Source: Thermovirgaceae bacterium
Lineage (GTDB): Bacteria > Synergistota > Synergistia > Synergistales > Thermovirgaceae
Reading direction: 5' to 3'
Assembly: GCA_046542505.1 (NCBI GenBank)
Contig: JBKHBH010000005.1
Span: 1 to 52,764 of the forward strand
DNA length: 52,764 bases
A program made the translations under genes and the position numbers. Positions within the stretch are counted from its first letter, which is position 1. The number at the start of each line of letters is the position of its first letter. Shown here piece by piece: positions 15,778 through 25,766 of this stretch. The notes under the pieces are model-generated. The model was not told the DNA's origin. It ran no database searches and saw only the letters and a list, made by a program, of their open reading frames with translations.

Positions 15778-17852
15778 CGGAGGAGCATATAGAACTGGAA
15801 TCACCGGTGAGGTTTCTCAAGGGAGTCGGTCCGGTACGGGCGGAAAAGCTTGCGAGGCTGGGGATTGAAACAGTCGAGGACCTCTTGTGGCATTTCCCGA
15901 GGAGATATGAAGACAGGAGGAAACTCACACCTCTTGCATCGCTTGAGCAGGGGAGATATCATTCCATTCTGGCCCGCGTTGTCTCGATCGAGAAAAGGCG
16001 CACCAGGCGAAAGAACATGTCCCTTACCATCGCGCTTTTGACTGACGGGACAAGTCTCGCTCAGGCCGTGTGGTTCAACAGGAAAGGTCTGGACAAGATC
16101 CTGCGACCCGGATCCCGGGCCTCTTTTTATGGGAAGGCGGAGAACCGGCGCGGCCTTCTTCAGATAAGCAATCCCGAGTTCGAAGTGCTCGACGAGGACG
16201 AAGCTCCCGAGAACACGGGCGCCATCGTTCCGATCTATCCGGGGACGCAGGGCCTTTTCCAAAGATGGATCAGGGAAACAGTGAGGCGGACGCTTGATCT
16301 GGTTTCGGAAAAACTCGAGGATGTCCTTCCCCGACAGACCATTGAAAAACACGGCTTTATTTCCTTCCAGCAGGCTGTCAGCCAGATGCATTTCCCGGAG
16401 GATGAAAAGCTCTGGCGCGAAGCACGACGGCGGCTTGCTTTCGAGGAATTCTTTTTTTTACAACTTGCTTTTGGTATCAGAAGGAGTCGTTACGAAGAGG
16501 ATTCCCAAGGCCCAGTACTTGAGGACAAGGGGCGAATGACGAACATTTTCCTGAATGACATATTGCCCTTTTCCTTAACGCCGGCCCAGGAAAAAGTATT
16601 CAGGGAAATCCTGCGTGATATCTCGAGGGCCGTCCCGATGAACCGACTGCTCCAGGGGGACGTCGGATCGGGCAAGACTGTCGTGGCCGTTTTGTTCATG
16701 CTTTGTGCCGTTGATGCGGCATGCCAGGCGGCTCTCATGGCGCCCACGGAAATTCTCGCCAGGCAGCATTACGACAACATCCGGGGCTGGTTCGACGCCC
16801 TCGGCCTAGATGTTGTTTTCTTGTCGGGCTCGCTCCTGCAAAAGCAGCGGAATGACGTTCTCGCGAAACTTGCATCTGGCGAGGTAAGTGTCGTTGTGGG
16901 TACCCATGCGCTTTTGGAGAATGACGTCCGGTTCCTGCGGCTCGGTGCCATCGTCGTTGATGAACAGCACCGTTTCGGTGTCCTTCAGCGGAACAGGCTT
17001 TCAGCAAAGGGGGAGCACCCCCACGTGCTGGTAATGACGGCCACGCCCATTCCGCGGACCTTGACGCTGTCGGTGTACGGGGATCTTTCCGTTTCGGTGA
17101 TAGACGAACTGCCTCCAGGCCGCAAGGATGTTCACACTCAAATTGTTCCGGTGGCGGGAAAGCACAAACTCCTTCGTTTTTTAAAGAAAGCCATGGAAGC
17201 GGGCAGGCAGGTGTACTGGGTTTGTCCTCTCATTGAGGAAAACGAAGAGCTTTCAATACCTTCCGCCGAACGTCGTCATGACCAGCTGGCGAACCTTTTC
17301 GGGAGCGGCCGTGTCGGCCTTCTGCACGGACGGCTCCCGGGGAGAGAGAAGGAAACAATCATGGAGTCCTTTGCGCTCAACGAGATTTCACTTCTTGTAG
17401 CGACTACCGTTATCGAAGTTGGAATAGATATCCCGAACGCGACAGTCATGGTCATAGAGGAAGCACACCGTTTCGGCCTTTCGCAGCTGCACCAGCTCAG
17501 GGGACGTATCGGCAGAGGCGGGGAACGGGGATATTGCTTCCTTCTGGGAGATCCCGCCACGGAAAACGGGAAGGCACGTATTGACGCCATGTGTGAAACG
17601 ACAGACGGCTTCCGGCTCGCCGAAAAGGACCTGGAACTGCGTGGCCCGGGAGAAGTCTGCGGGACAAGGCAGCATGGGGTCACCGACTTCAGGGTTGCCA
17701 ACCTCATAAAGGACAGGGACCTGCTCGAAAAGGCCCGTGAAGAAGCTTTCCAGCTGATTGCGAAAGACCCGGTTCTTGAAAACCACCTGCTACTGAAAAG
17801 CTCGCTCATCAGGCGTTTTGAAAACACACTTGATCTGGCGGTGACAGGATGA
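15774..17852 (+). CDS. recG: ATP-dependent DNA helicase RecG
   Basis: LKGVGP, wedge domain, RLLQGDVGSGKT, DEQHRFG, MTATPIPR, QLHQLRGRIGRG, DLELRGPGE. Confidence 0.97.
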   Translation: MTEEHIELESPVRFLKGVGPVRAEKLARLGIETVEDLLWHFPRRYEDRRKLTPLASLEQGRYHSILARVVSIEKRRTRRKNMSLTIALLTDGTSLAQAVWFNRKGLDKILRPGSRASFYGKAENRRGLLQISNPEFEVLDEDEAPENTGAIVPIYPGTQGLFQRWIRETVRRTLDLVSEKLEDVLPRQTIEKHGFISFQQAVSQMHFPEDEKLWREARRRLAFEEFFFLQLAFGIRRSRYEEDSQGPVLEDKGRMTNIFLNDILPFSLTPAQEKVFREILRDISRAVPMNRLLQGDVGSGKTVVAVLFMLCAVDAACQAALMAPTEILARQHYDNIRGWFDALGLDVVFLSGSLLQKQRNDVLAKLASGEVSVVVGTHALLENDVRFLRLGAIVVDEQHRFGVLQRNRLSAKGEHPHVLVMTATPIPRTLTLSVYGDLSVSVIDELPPGRKDVHTQIVPVAGKHKLLRFLKKAMEAGRQVYWVCPLIEENEELSIPSAERRHDQLANLFGSGRVGLLHGRLPGREKETIMESFALNEISLLVATTVIEVGIDIPNATVMVIEEAHRFGLSQLHQLRGRIGRGGERGYCFLLGDPATENGKARIDAMCETTDGFRLAEKDLELRGPGEVCGTRQHGVTDFRVANLIKDRDLLEKAREEAFQLIAKDPVLENHLLLKSSLIRRFENTLDLAVTG

Positions 17853-18286
17853 CTGAAGGATTTGAAAAAGCGCTCGGTGAGGCCATGCGGATACTGGCTC
17901 GGAGGGAATATACCAAATGGGAGCTTCGATGCAAACTCACGAAAAAAGGTTATTCCGAAGACGTTGTAAAAGAAGTTCTGGATGAAACGGAGCGGGCAGG
18001 ATACGTCGATGACGGGGAGTATGCCAGGCGATTTCAGGAAACCCGCGAGGAGTGGGGATATCGCAGGGTCAAGTATGAACTCGCGAGACGTGGAATTGAA
18101 GAGGGTGTCCTCGAAAAGACCCTTGCGTATGACGAGGAAACGGAGTATGAACGAGCCATGAACCTGGTTCGCTCATGGATGCCGGGTTTGACGGAAAGAC
18201 AGCTCGCAGGACGCCTCATGCGTCGCGGATTCCGGGAGGGCCTGGTAAGAAGGCTGGTCCGTAAGGCTTGTGGAGAATCTTCGTAA
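17849..18286 (+). CDS. recX: Regulatory protein RecX
   Basis: AMRILARREYT..ELR.KL..KGY, GYVDD.EYA, G..RVKYEL.RRGI, LMRRGF. Confidence 0.85.
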   Translation: MTEGFEKALGEAMRILARREYTKWELRCKLTKKGYSEDVVKEVLDETERAGYVDDGEYARRFQETREEWGYRRVKYELARRGIEEGVLEKTLAYDEETEYERAMNLVRSWMPGLTERQLAGRLMRRGFREGLVRRLVRKACGESS

Positions 18287-18384
18287 TCTGTAGAATACTT
18301 GCTGGATCCGATTGCGTTTTTTTATTCGCCATCTTTCAATGGACAGATGACGCAACTTGACAATGGAATAGGAGTGATGCGTGC

Positions 18385-19914
18385 ATGTTGCCTGTAGTTT
18401 TAGTGGCGGGCCTTGCCGTCGGCATCGCTGTCGGTTTCCTCCTGTACAGATTGCATACCAAAAAGCAGCTCAAAGGAGCTCAGGAACAGTCTGACAAGCT
18501 GATCAAGGAGGCTTTCCAGGAGGCCGAACGCCGGAAACGTGAAATGCTGACGGAAGCAAAGGAAGAGATCCTGCATCTTCGCCAGGATGCCGAAAAGGAA
18601 GTCAAGGAACGGCGGGGTGAATTGCAGAGGGCTGAACGGCGGCTTGAGCAAAAGGAAGAGAATCTCGACAAAAAGCTTGAGAACCTGCAGAAGAAAGAGG
18701 ACGAATTCCGACAGAGGCAGGAAGACTTCCGGTCAAGGTTGGAGGAAGTCGAAAAGCTGAAGCAGGAACAGGTGAAGAGGCTGGAGGAAATAGCTGACAT
18801 GACGAGGGACGAGGCCAGGGAACACCTGCTTCGGGAAGTGGAAGAGGAAGCGTCCCACGTTATCGGACTCCGAATAAAGGAGCTTGAGGAAAAGGCCAAA
18901 AGGGAGTCCGAAAAAAGATCGAGGGAAATCGTGGTCGGTGCTATTCAACGGTGCGCCGTAGATCACACCTCGGAAATGTCGGTAAGCGTCGTCAACCTGC
19001 CGTCGGATGAAATGAAAGGCCGGATCATCGGCCGTGAGGGAAGGAACATACGTGCCTTCGAAACCTTCACTGGTGTCGACCTGATCGTCGACGATACGCC
19101 GGAGGCCGTAACGTTGAGTAGCTTCGATCCCGTCCGCCGCGAAGTGGCGAAGATATCGCTGGAAAAACTCATTCTCGACGGACGCATTCACCCGGCACGG
19201 ATCGAGGAAGTTATTGAAAAATCGCAGAAAGATGTAGAAGAAATGATTCTTGAAGCGGGTGAGGAAGCGCTCCTTGAAACGGGAACCAAGACGATGCATC
19301 CCGAACTGGTCAAGCTCATCGGCCAGTTGCGTTTCAGGAGCAGTTACGGGCAGAATGCCCTGAACCACAGCCTCGAGGTGGCTCACCTGGCCGGGATTAT
19401 GGCGGCTGAGCTTCACCTTGATGAAAGCATCGCCCGCAGGGCAGGACTGCTTCACGATATCGGAAAAGCCGTTGACCATCAGGTGGAAGGACCCCATGCC
19501 CTGATCGGGCGGGATATCGCGAGGCGATACGGTGAGGCACCCGAAATCGTCAGCGCCATCGCCTCGCACCATGAGGACGAGGAAATGACCACGGTATATG
19601 ACGTTCTCATCGCTGCGGCGGATGCTGTCAGCGCCTCAAGGCCCGGAGCAAGGCGTGAAAGCCTGGATTCATACATCCGGCGACTTGAAAAGCTCGAAAG
19701 CCTTGCGAAGACGTTCAAGGGAGTAAGCAAGGCATATGCGATACAGGCAGGCCGAGAAGTCCGCGTTATGGTGGCGCCCGGCGTGGCCGACGACGGGGCA
19801 ATCCAAAAAATAGCTTTCGACATCGCTCGAAAGATCGAGGATGAAATGAAATACCCTGGTCAGATCAAGGTGGTTGTCGTTCGGGAGACACGTTCAGTCG
19901 AGTATGCAAAGTAG
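18385..19914 (+). CDS. rny: Ribonuclease Y
   Basis: N-terminal TM, coiled coil, KH domain [16 protein letters not shown] domain [26 protein letters not shown]. Confidence 0.97.
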   Translation: MLPVVLVAGLAVGIAVGFLLYRLHTKKQLKGAQEQSDKLIKEAFQEAERRKREMLTEAKEEILHLRQDAEKEVKERRGELQRAERRLEQKEENLDKKLENLQKKEDEFRQRQEDFRSRLEEVEKLKQEQVKRLEEIADMTRDEAREHLLREVEEEASHVIGLRIKELEEKAKRESEKRSREIVVGAIQRCAVDHTSEMSVSVVNLPSDEMKGRIIGREGRNIRAFETFTGVDLIVDDTPEAVTLSSFDPVRREVAKISLEKLILDGRIHPARIEEVIEKSQKDVEEMILEAGEEALLETGTKTMHPELVKLIGQLRFRSSYGQNALNHSLEVAHLAGIMAAELHLDESIARRAGLLHDIGKAVDHQVEGPHALIGRDIARRYGEAPEIVSAIASHHEDEEMTTVYDVLIAAADAVSASRPGARRESLDSYIRRLEKLESLAKTFKGVSKAYAIQAGREVRVMVAPGVADDGAIQKIAFDIARKIEDEMKYPGQIKVVVVRETRSVEYAK

Positions 19915-19924
19915 GGCAAAGCTC

Positions 19925-20743
19925 ATGAAAATACTTTTTGTCGGTGACATCATGGGAAAGCCTGGGAGGAAAATTGTCAGAAACCTCCTTCCGGAGATAA
20001 ACAAAGATTTCGGCCCTTTCGATTTCAAAATCGCCAACGCGGAAAACGCGGCGGGCGGATTCGGGCTGACGGAAAAAGTCATGTACGAGCTCTTCGGAAT
20101 GGGGTTTGATTGTTTGACAAGCGGAAACCACATATGGGACAAAAAGGAGTTCCTCCCGGTTCTCGACGGGGAAAAACGGGTGCTTCGTCCGGCCAATTAC
20201 CCGCCTGGATGCCAGGGAATCGGACAGGCGGTATTCCCCGCGGGTGGTGCGAAAATTGCGGTTTTGAACTTGCAGGGAAGGGTTTTCATGACGCCCATCG
20301 ACTGTCCCTTCAGAAAGGCCGACGAGATTCTCGAAAAGCTGGATAAACCGGTGGTAATAGTAGACTTTCATGCTGAGGCTACGTCGGAAAAGAAGGCGCT
20401 CGGACTTTATCTCGACGGGCGAGTTTCCTGCGTCATCGGAACCCATACACATGTCCAGACGGCCGATGAGCAAATTTTACCAAAAGGGACGGCCTTTATT
20501 ACGGATGTGGGAATGACCGGGGGCCAGGCAGGAGTAATCGGTATGGACAAGGAAAGCGTGTTCCATCGTTTTCTGACAGGTACTCCGGCGAAATTTGATG
20601 TCAGCAGGGATGATGTCAGCGTGAAGGGACTTGTGGTGGAAATCGACGAGGCCTCCGGGAGAGCCCTCGAGGTAAAGAGGATTTCAATGGAAGAAGAACC
20701 CGCCCGAGAACAAGGCGGAACAGAAAACGGAACAATGAAGTAA
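19925..20743 (+). CDS. ymdB: YmdB-family metallophosphoesterase
   Basis: ILFVGDIMG.PGR, NAENAAGGFG, TSGNHIWD, DFHAEATSEK, GTHTHVQTAD, DVGMTG; follows rny as usual. Confidence 0.93.
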   Translation: MKILFVGDIMGKPGRKIVRNLLPEINKDFGPFDFKIANAENAAGGFGLTEKVMYELFGMGFDCLTSGNHIWDKKEFLPVLDGEKRVLRPANYPPGCQGIGQAVFPAGGAKIAVLNLQGRVFMTPIDCPFRKADEILEKLDKPVVIVDFHAEATSEKKALGLYLDGRVSCVIGTHTHVQTADEQILPKGTAFITDVGMTGGQAGVIGMDKESVFHRFLTGTPAKFDVSRDDVSVKGLVVEIDEASGRALEVKRISMEEEPAREQGGTENGTMK

Positions 20744-20745
20744 AG

Positions 20746-20780
20746 AAAAAAGAGGCGGGGCAAGACCCCGCCTCTTTTTT
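20746..20780. terminator. Bidirectional intrinsic terminator
   Basis: AAAAAAGAGGCGGGG-CAAGA-CCCCGCCTCTTTTTT between convergent ymdB and hypE. Confidence 0.9.
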
Positions 20781-20781
20781 G

Positions 20782-21765
20782 TCAGCAGATGCGCGGGAGA
20801 ATTTCCCCTACGGGCATGTCCACCAGCCGGGTCCCTCCCGCTTCGGTACGCATCCCGACGAAACCGGAGTTTTCAGATGTCAGGAAGCCGATGCAGGCTG
20901 CGTCGCGGGCGATATCGTGAGTCCGGAGTCGAGCGAGTGCCTTGTCGGCGTCTTCAGGTGCGACGGCGATGACAGCACATCCTTCGCAGGCGAGATACAG
21001 GGGGTCAAACCCAAGGATATCGCAGACAGAACTGACTTCGGCGGAAAGGGGAAGGCGCTTTTCGTCGAAAAGCACCCCGAGGGAGGATGTTTCGGCCCAT
21101 TCACACAGAACGGTTCCAATGCCGCCCCTTGTGCAGTCCCGCATGCATCGCAGGCCTTCGATGTCGAGAAGGTCTTCGGCGAGATGCCAGAGAGGTGCGC
21201 AGTCCGAGAAAAGAGAGCCTGCAGAAAGATTGTATCGAGATGCGGCCACAGCGGCCCCGTGTCTTCCTACCGATGTGGTGACAATGAGAGCGTCGCCGGG
21301 TTCGAGCCTCGATATCCCCAGGTTTTGCGCCGTTACAGGGCTTCCGACGGCACAGGTGGTGATAAAGAGTCCGTCCACCTGACCGCTCGGTACGACTTTC
21401 GTATCGCCCGACACAAGTCTGACTGAAAGGTCGGAACACACGGAACCGGCGCTTTTCATGTAAGAAAGCAGTTCCTCCTTTTCCAGACCTTCTTCCGCAA
21501 CCAGGCTCATGGCGAGATATTTCGGTTTCGCGCCCCGCATGGCCAGATCGTTTATGCTTCCGCAAACGGCAAGTTTCCCGATGTCTCCGCCCGGGAAAAC
21601 CCTTGGAGTGACGGTGAATCCGTCGATGGTTATGGCGAGCCCCTTTTCGGGGATGGCGCAGTCCTCTTGTTCAAGGCCGGAAGCCCCAAAGGAATGGAGG
21701 ATGTCGGAAATGAGCTCCGACGAAAGGCGTCCGCCCGATCCGTGTCCTGTACTCAGGCGTTCCAT
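20782..21765 (-). CDS. hypE: Hydrogenase maturation protein HypE
   Basis: HGSGG, FPGGDIGKLAVCGS.NDLAM.GA, GDTKVV, MRDCTRGG, C-terminal LPRIC. ATG 21765 with AAGGAG RBS. Confidence 0.95.
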   Translation of the reverse strand: MERLSTGHGSGGRLSSELISDILHSFGASGLEQEDCAIPEKGLAITIDGFTVTPRVFPGGDIGKLAVCGSINDLAMRGAKPKYLAMSLVAEEGLEKEELLSYMKSAGSVCSDLSVRLVSGDTKVVPSGQVDGLFITTCAVGSPVTAQNLGISRLEPGDALIVTTSVGRHGAAVAASRYNLSAGSLFSDCAPLWHLAEDLLDIEGLRCMRDCTRGGIGTVLCEWAETSSLGVLFDEKRLPLSAEVSSVCDILGFDPLYLACEGCAVIAVAPEDADKALARLRTHDIARDAACIGFLTSENSGFVGMRTEAGGTRLVDMPVGEILPRIC

Positions 21766-22853
21766 GATGTTTTTATCTCCTTTTGGGCGTAAGTATAGTA
21801 GGCCGAGCAGCTTCCCTCGTTTGAAACCATACAGGGACCGACGGGATGGACCGGCGTGCAGGATGTGGCGAAGAGCGGGCAATCTCGTGGGGAGATCAGC
21901 CCCTTGAGCACATCTCCGCACCGGCATCCTTCAGGCGGTGGCGCGGAATTGACTGTAATGTCCAGCATGGAAGCCGCGTCAAAGGTTTTATATGGTTCTT
22001 TCAGGCTGTATCCGGATTCCGGGATCGTCCCGAGTCCTCTCCAGGATGAATCCGAGCGTTCGAAAACCTTCTCGATCGACTTTCTTGCCGTTTCATTTCC
22101 TTCCGGTCGCACGGCCCGGGGATACATGGAACGGATGTCCGGGCGTCCCGTCCGGATCTGCCGGAGGATTTCCACAAGCCCCAGCATGATGTCCCGCGCC
22201 TCGAATCCGGCGACGGCGCAGGACTTGCGAAATTTTTCCGTCAAAAACCGGTAGGGCTCGAGTCCGATAATGACTGTGACGTGACCGGGGAGAAGGAAGC
22301 CGTCGATGGAAAGATCCGGTGCCTCGGCCAGAAGCCGCAGAGCCGGCGGAACTCGCTTGTGAAGGCAAAGAACAAAAAAATTTCCGAGTTTTTTCGCATG
22401 AGCTTCCAGGATTACCGAAGCCGTGGCGGGTGCGGTCGTTTCGAAGCCGATCCCGAGGAAGACCACGTCTTCATCCGGATTTTCCCGGGCGATGCGAAGG
22501 GCATCCGCCGCCGAGGTCACGACTTCTACCTTTTGTCCTCTCGAGCGGGCGTCCAGCAGGGACCCTGAACTGCCCGGGACACGCAGCATATCGCCGTAAG
22601 TGACGACAATGGTGTTCTCTCTTTCGGCAACAGCAATGGCAGCGTCGATCTCCCCCTGATCGGTGACGCAGACGGGACAGCCGGGTCCCGAAATCAGATG
22701 AAGCTTTTCGGGGAAAAGGGATTTCAGGCCGTTTCTGAAAATAGAGACGGTGTGGGTTCCGCAGACCTCCATAATAGTGGTCTCTACCGTTACGAGTCTA
22801 CGGAGAACACCGGCAAGACGTGAGATATCCTTCTCGTTACATGATTGGCGCAT
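21753..22853 (-). CDS. hypD: Hydrogenase maturation protein HypD
   Basis: MEVCGTHT, GPGCPVCV, GFETTAP, PGHV, C.CG.VLKG...P..CPLF...C.P..PVGPCMVS.EG.C. Confidence 0.95.
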   Translation of the reverse strand: MRQSCNEKDISRLAGVLRRLVTVETTIMEVCGTHTVSIFRNGLKSLFPEKLHLISGPGCPVCVTDQGEIDAAIAVAERENTIVVTYGDMLRVPGSSGSLLDARSRGQKVEVVTSAADALRIARENPDEDVVFLGIGFETTAPATASVILEAHAKKLGNFFVLCLHKRVPPALRLLAEAPDLSIDGFLLPGHVTVIIGLEPYRFLTEKFRKSCAVAGFEARDIMLGLVEILRQIRTGRPDIRSMYPRAVRPEGNETARKSIEKVFERSDSSWRGLGTIPESGYSLKEPYKTFDAASMLDITVNSAPPPEGCRCGDVLKGLISPRDCPLFATSCTPVHPVGPCMVSNEGSCSAYYTYAQKEIKTSWNA

Positions 22854-23082
22854 CAGTATCCGCCGCCAGTTGTCTGATTTCTTCCCACAGCCGGGTAATT
22901 TCAGCTTCCTCAGAGGAATCAAGTTTTTCAATTGCGAATCCCGCGTGAACGAGGACGACATCTCCTTCCGCGGCATCGGGAAGCAGGTCAGTCCGTATTT
23001 CCGTTTCCACCGGTCCTGCTGCTGCGACCGCAGAATTGTCGTCCAGTTTACGGACAATCTTGTGGGGTACGGCCAGGCACAT
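22837..23082 (-). CDS. hypC: Hydrogenase maturation chaperone HypC/HybG
   Basis: MCLAVP N-terminus, GDVVLVHAGFAI; AGGAG RBS. Confidence 0.95.
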   Translation of the reverse strand: MCLAVPHKIVRKLDDNSAVAAAGPVETEIRTDLLPDAAEGDVVLVHAGFAIEKLDSSEEAEITRLWEEIRQLAADTDAPIM

Positions 23083-23240
23083 GTGGGGTTCTCCTTTCAG
23101 ATGAGGAATACCGATATTTTATCGATCATAGGCGTCCAATATTCTAGCCCCATAACGTTAAAAGAGAAAGCGTACCGGAAAAGGTGCGGTTGTCCGGGGT
23201 GGCGGCATCGTGTAGGCTTGTTCTGGAGGCGATTCGATAC

Positions 23241-24035
23241 GTGGACGGACTTCGAGTGGGACTCCTTCAGCTTGATGTGTATCATGGGAATCCGGGCAAA
23301 AATCTTGGCAGGGCCTATGACAGAATCGAGAAGGCCGCACGGGACAGATGTCGTATCCTGGTTCTCCCTGAACTTTGGAATGCCACATGTCCCGTAACGA
23401 ATCCGAAGTCAATCCTGGATGTAAAAGACGCTTTTTTTGATATGTTGCGATCTGTCGCCGTGCGGTATGAAACGTGGATCATCACCGGCAGCCTAGCAGT
23501 TTCGACTCCAGACGGCAAAAGAAACAGGTGCTACATATTCCCCCCCGATGGCGGGCGGGACATGATTTATGACAAGGTCCACCTGTATCCCGGATTCAGG
23601 GAACCGAATCTCCTCGAGGCGGGATCATCCCTTGGGTTGTTCAGCATAGACGGGACAGACTGTGGCGTCATGATTTGTTTCGATATGGAGTTCCCGGAAG
23701 TGGCCAGGGCGCTGACCGAAAGGGGAGCGAAGATTATTTTCGTCCCCGGTGCATGGAACAGTCGGTATATCAGGTTGTGGAGGACTCTTCTGGTGGCGCG
23801 GGCGATAGAGAACCAGTCCTTTGTGGTCGGTGTGAACCGGTGTGACCGCAGCAAACGAATAGCCTTTGGAGGACAGAGCATGGTTATAGACCCCTATGGG
23901 GACGTCGTGCTTCATATGGACGACAGGGCCGGATTCGAAAGCGTTTTCCTTGAACTGGATCTGGTGAACAGGGCAAGAAAGGAACATTCCGTCTTTTCAT
24001 CAAGAAGGCCTGAGATTTACAGAAAATGGTTCTGA
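23241..24035 (+). CDS. Carbon-nitrogen hydrolase (nitrilase/omega-amidase family)
   Basis: Glu-Lys-Cys triad (LPELW, YDKVHL, ICFD.EFPE), ARAIENQ, GQSMVIDPYG, RRPEIY. GTG 23241 with GGAGG RBS. Confidence 0.9.
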   Translation: MDGLRVGLLQLDVYHGNPGKNLGRAYDRIEKAARDRCRILVLPELWNATCPVTNPKSILDVKDAFFDMLRSVAVRYETWIITGSLAVSTPDGKRNRCYIFPPDGGRDMIYDKVHLYPGFREPNLLEAGSSLGLFSIDGTDCGVMICFDMEFPEVARALTERGAKIIFVPGAWNSRYIRLWRTLLVARAIENQSFVVGVNRCDRSKRIAFGGQSMVIDPYGDVVLHMDDRAGFESVFLELDLVNRARKEHSVFSSRRPEIYRKWF

Positions 24036-24065
24036 TGTTTGCGGGTGCCTACAGAAACAGGCCGG

Positions 24066-24193
24066 TTGACCTTTTCCCGCAGGGTATTATAATCTGCTTC
24101 AATTTGAAGAAGTGACGGCCTGGAGTCGATGTGCCGTGCGGACAGGCATAGGTTGGGATTCCCGTTGTCAAAGCATGGGGTTTTGCCTATAAT
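24066..24193 (+). promoter_or_regulatory. Two tandem sigma70-type promoters upstream of the NSS transporter
   Basis: TTGACC(24066)-16-TATAAT(24088) and TTGTCA(24165)-17-TATAAT(24188). Confidence 0.6.
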
Positions 24194-24312
24194 TGTGCCA
24201 TAAAATGACAAGAAGATTATATAAAAACAGAAAGGGGGTGAGTCCCCGAGGACTAGTACTGAGTGGCTTTTTTCATGAGAGCAAGCCTGAATAATGAAGG
24301 AGGAAAGATGCC

Positions 24313-25653
24313 ATGAGCAACGGAACTGAACGGGAACAGTGGGGTTCCAAGTTAGGATTTATCCTCGCAGCCGCCGGCTCGGCTGTCGGACTCGGCAACA
24401 TCTGGCGGTTTCCGTACGTTACGGGACAAAACGGCGGAGCGGCATTCGTCGTACTTTATATTGCCCTGGTCTTCATCATCGGGTTCTCAGTCATGCTTGC
24501 CGAGATCGCTATCGGACGTAACGCCCAGCTGAACGCTGTCGGTTCTTTCAAGAAACTGAAAGGCGGCATGTGGCCCATAGTGGGCTGGATGGGAGTTATC
24601 GCGGGTTTCATCATTCTCTCCTACTATGGCGTCATCGCGGGATGGACAATGGCGTACATCGTAAAATCCTTTACGGGACTTATGGAATTTGCGGCACAAG
24701 GCGAAGCCGGAGAGGTTTTTGGTGCCTTTGTCACCAACGTCCCCCAGGTAATCGCCTGGCAAGCGCTATTCATGGTTATTACCATCTATATTGTTTATAA
24801 CGGAATCGGCGGCGGCATCGAGAAGTGCTGCCGCGTGCTGATGCCGGCCCTTTTCGTCCTGCTCCTTGTTCTGATTGTCAGGTCCGTGACACTGCCTGGA
24901 GCCGGTGAAGGCATCTCTTACTACCTGAAACCCGATTTTTCACAAATCAACGCCGGGACCCTTGGAGCAGCGCTGGGGCAGGCCTTTTTCTCCCTTTCGC
25001 TGGGGATGGGCTGCATGATCACTTACGGAAGCTATCTCGGAAAGAAAGAAGTCCTTCCCGGTGCGGCTGCACAGGTCTGCGTTCTTGACACCATGGTGGC
25101 TTTCCTTGCAGGCCTTGTCATCTTCCCAGCCGTTTTTGCCTTTGGCGTTGACGCTGGATCAGGACCCGGACTGACCTTTATCACCCTCCCAAATGTCTTT
25201 GGGCAGATGCCGGGCGGAACTGTCTGGTCGGCCCTCTTCTTTTTGCTGCTTTTCGTCGCGGCGCTCACCTCTGCCATTTCACTCCTTGAGGTCGTTTCTG
25301 CCTATGTCATCGACGAGATGAAATGGCCCCGGCACAAGGCTGCCATTGTTATGGGAATCATTATCTTCCTTCTGGGAATCCCCTCAATCCTTGGTATCGC
25401 GGGAGTGATCCCCAAGTTCGCCGGAAGGGACTTCCTGGACTCGGCGGACTTCCTTGCCTCGAATGTCCTGCTTCCACTCGGAGGGCTTTTTATCTCCCTC
25501 TTTGTCGGCTGGGTCTGGACCGATGGCGCAAAAAAGGAAGTTACCAACAACGGGAGTGCTCCTTTCGGGTTTTACGTTCCGTGGCTCTGGGTGAGCCGCC
25601 TGGTTGCACCCATTGCGATTGCCTATATCTTTATCACAGGGTTGAAATGGTAA
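24313..25653 (+). CDS. Sodium-dependent amino acid transporter (NSS/SNF family)
   Basis: REQWGSKLGFILAAAGSAVGLGNIWRFPY, GGAAF, GQAFFSLSLGMG.MITYGSY, GPGL.F, AALTSAISLLE. Confidence 0.95.
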   Translation: MSNGTEREQWGSKLGFILAAAGSAVGLGNIWRFPYVTGQNGGAAFVVLYIALVFIIGFSVMLAEIAIGRNAQLNAVGSFKKLKGGMWPIVGWMGVIAGFIILSYYGVIAGWTMAYIVKSFTGLMEFAAQGEAGEVFGAFVTNVPQVIAWQALFMVITIYIVYNGIGGGIEKCCRVLMPALFVLLLVLIVRSVTLPGAGEGISYYLKPDFSQINAGTLGAALGQAFFSLSLGMGCMITYGSYLGKKEVLPGAAAQVCVLDTMVAFLAGLVIFPAVFAFGVDAGSGPGLTFITLPNVFGQMPGGTVWSALFFLLLFVAALTSAISLLEVVSAYVIDEMKWPRHKAAIVMGIIIFLLGIPSILGIAGVIPKFAGRDFLDSADFLASNVLLPLGGLFISLFVGWVWTDGAKKEVTNNGSAPFGFYVPWLWVSRLVAPIAIAYIFITGLKW

Positions 25654-25685
25654 GCTGAAAGGCTTTACGGAAGAAAAGCGATTCA

Positions 25686-25718
25686 ACGGGGCGGACCACC
25701 ATCCGCCCCGTCACTTTT
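25686..25718 (+). terminator. Intrinsic terminator after the NSS transporter
   Basis: ACGGGGCGGA (25686-25695) / TCCGCCCCGT (25702-25711), followed by CACTTTT. Confidence 0.7.
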
Positions 25719-25721
25719 GGA

Positions 25722-25750
25722 TTGACCTTTTCTCGGGTTCATGACAAAAT
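25722..25750 (+). promoter_or_regulatory. Putative promoter of the grd operon
   Basis: TTGACC-17-CAAAAT with an extended -10 TG, just upstream of the riboswitch. Confidence 0.5.
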
Positions 25751-25766
25751 AAGGCCGCAATGGTTC

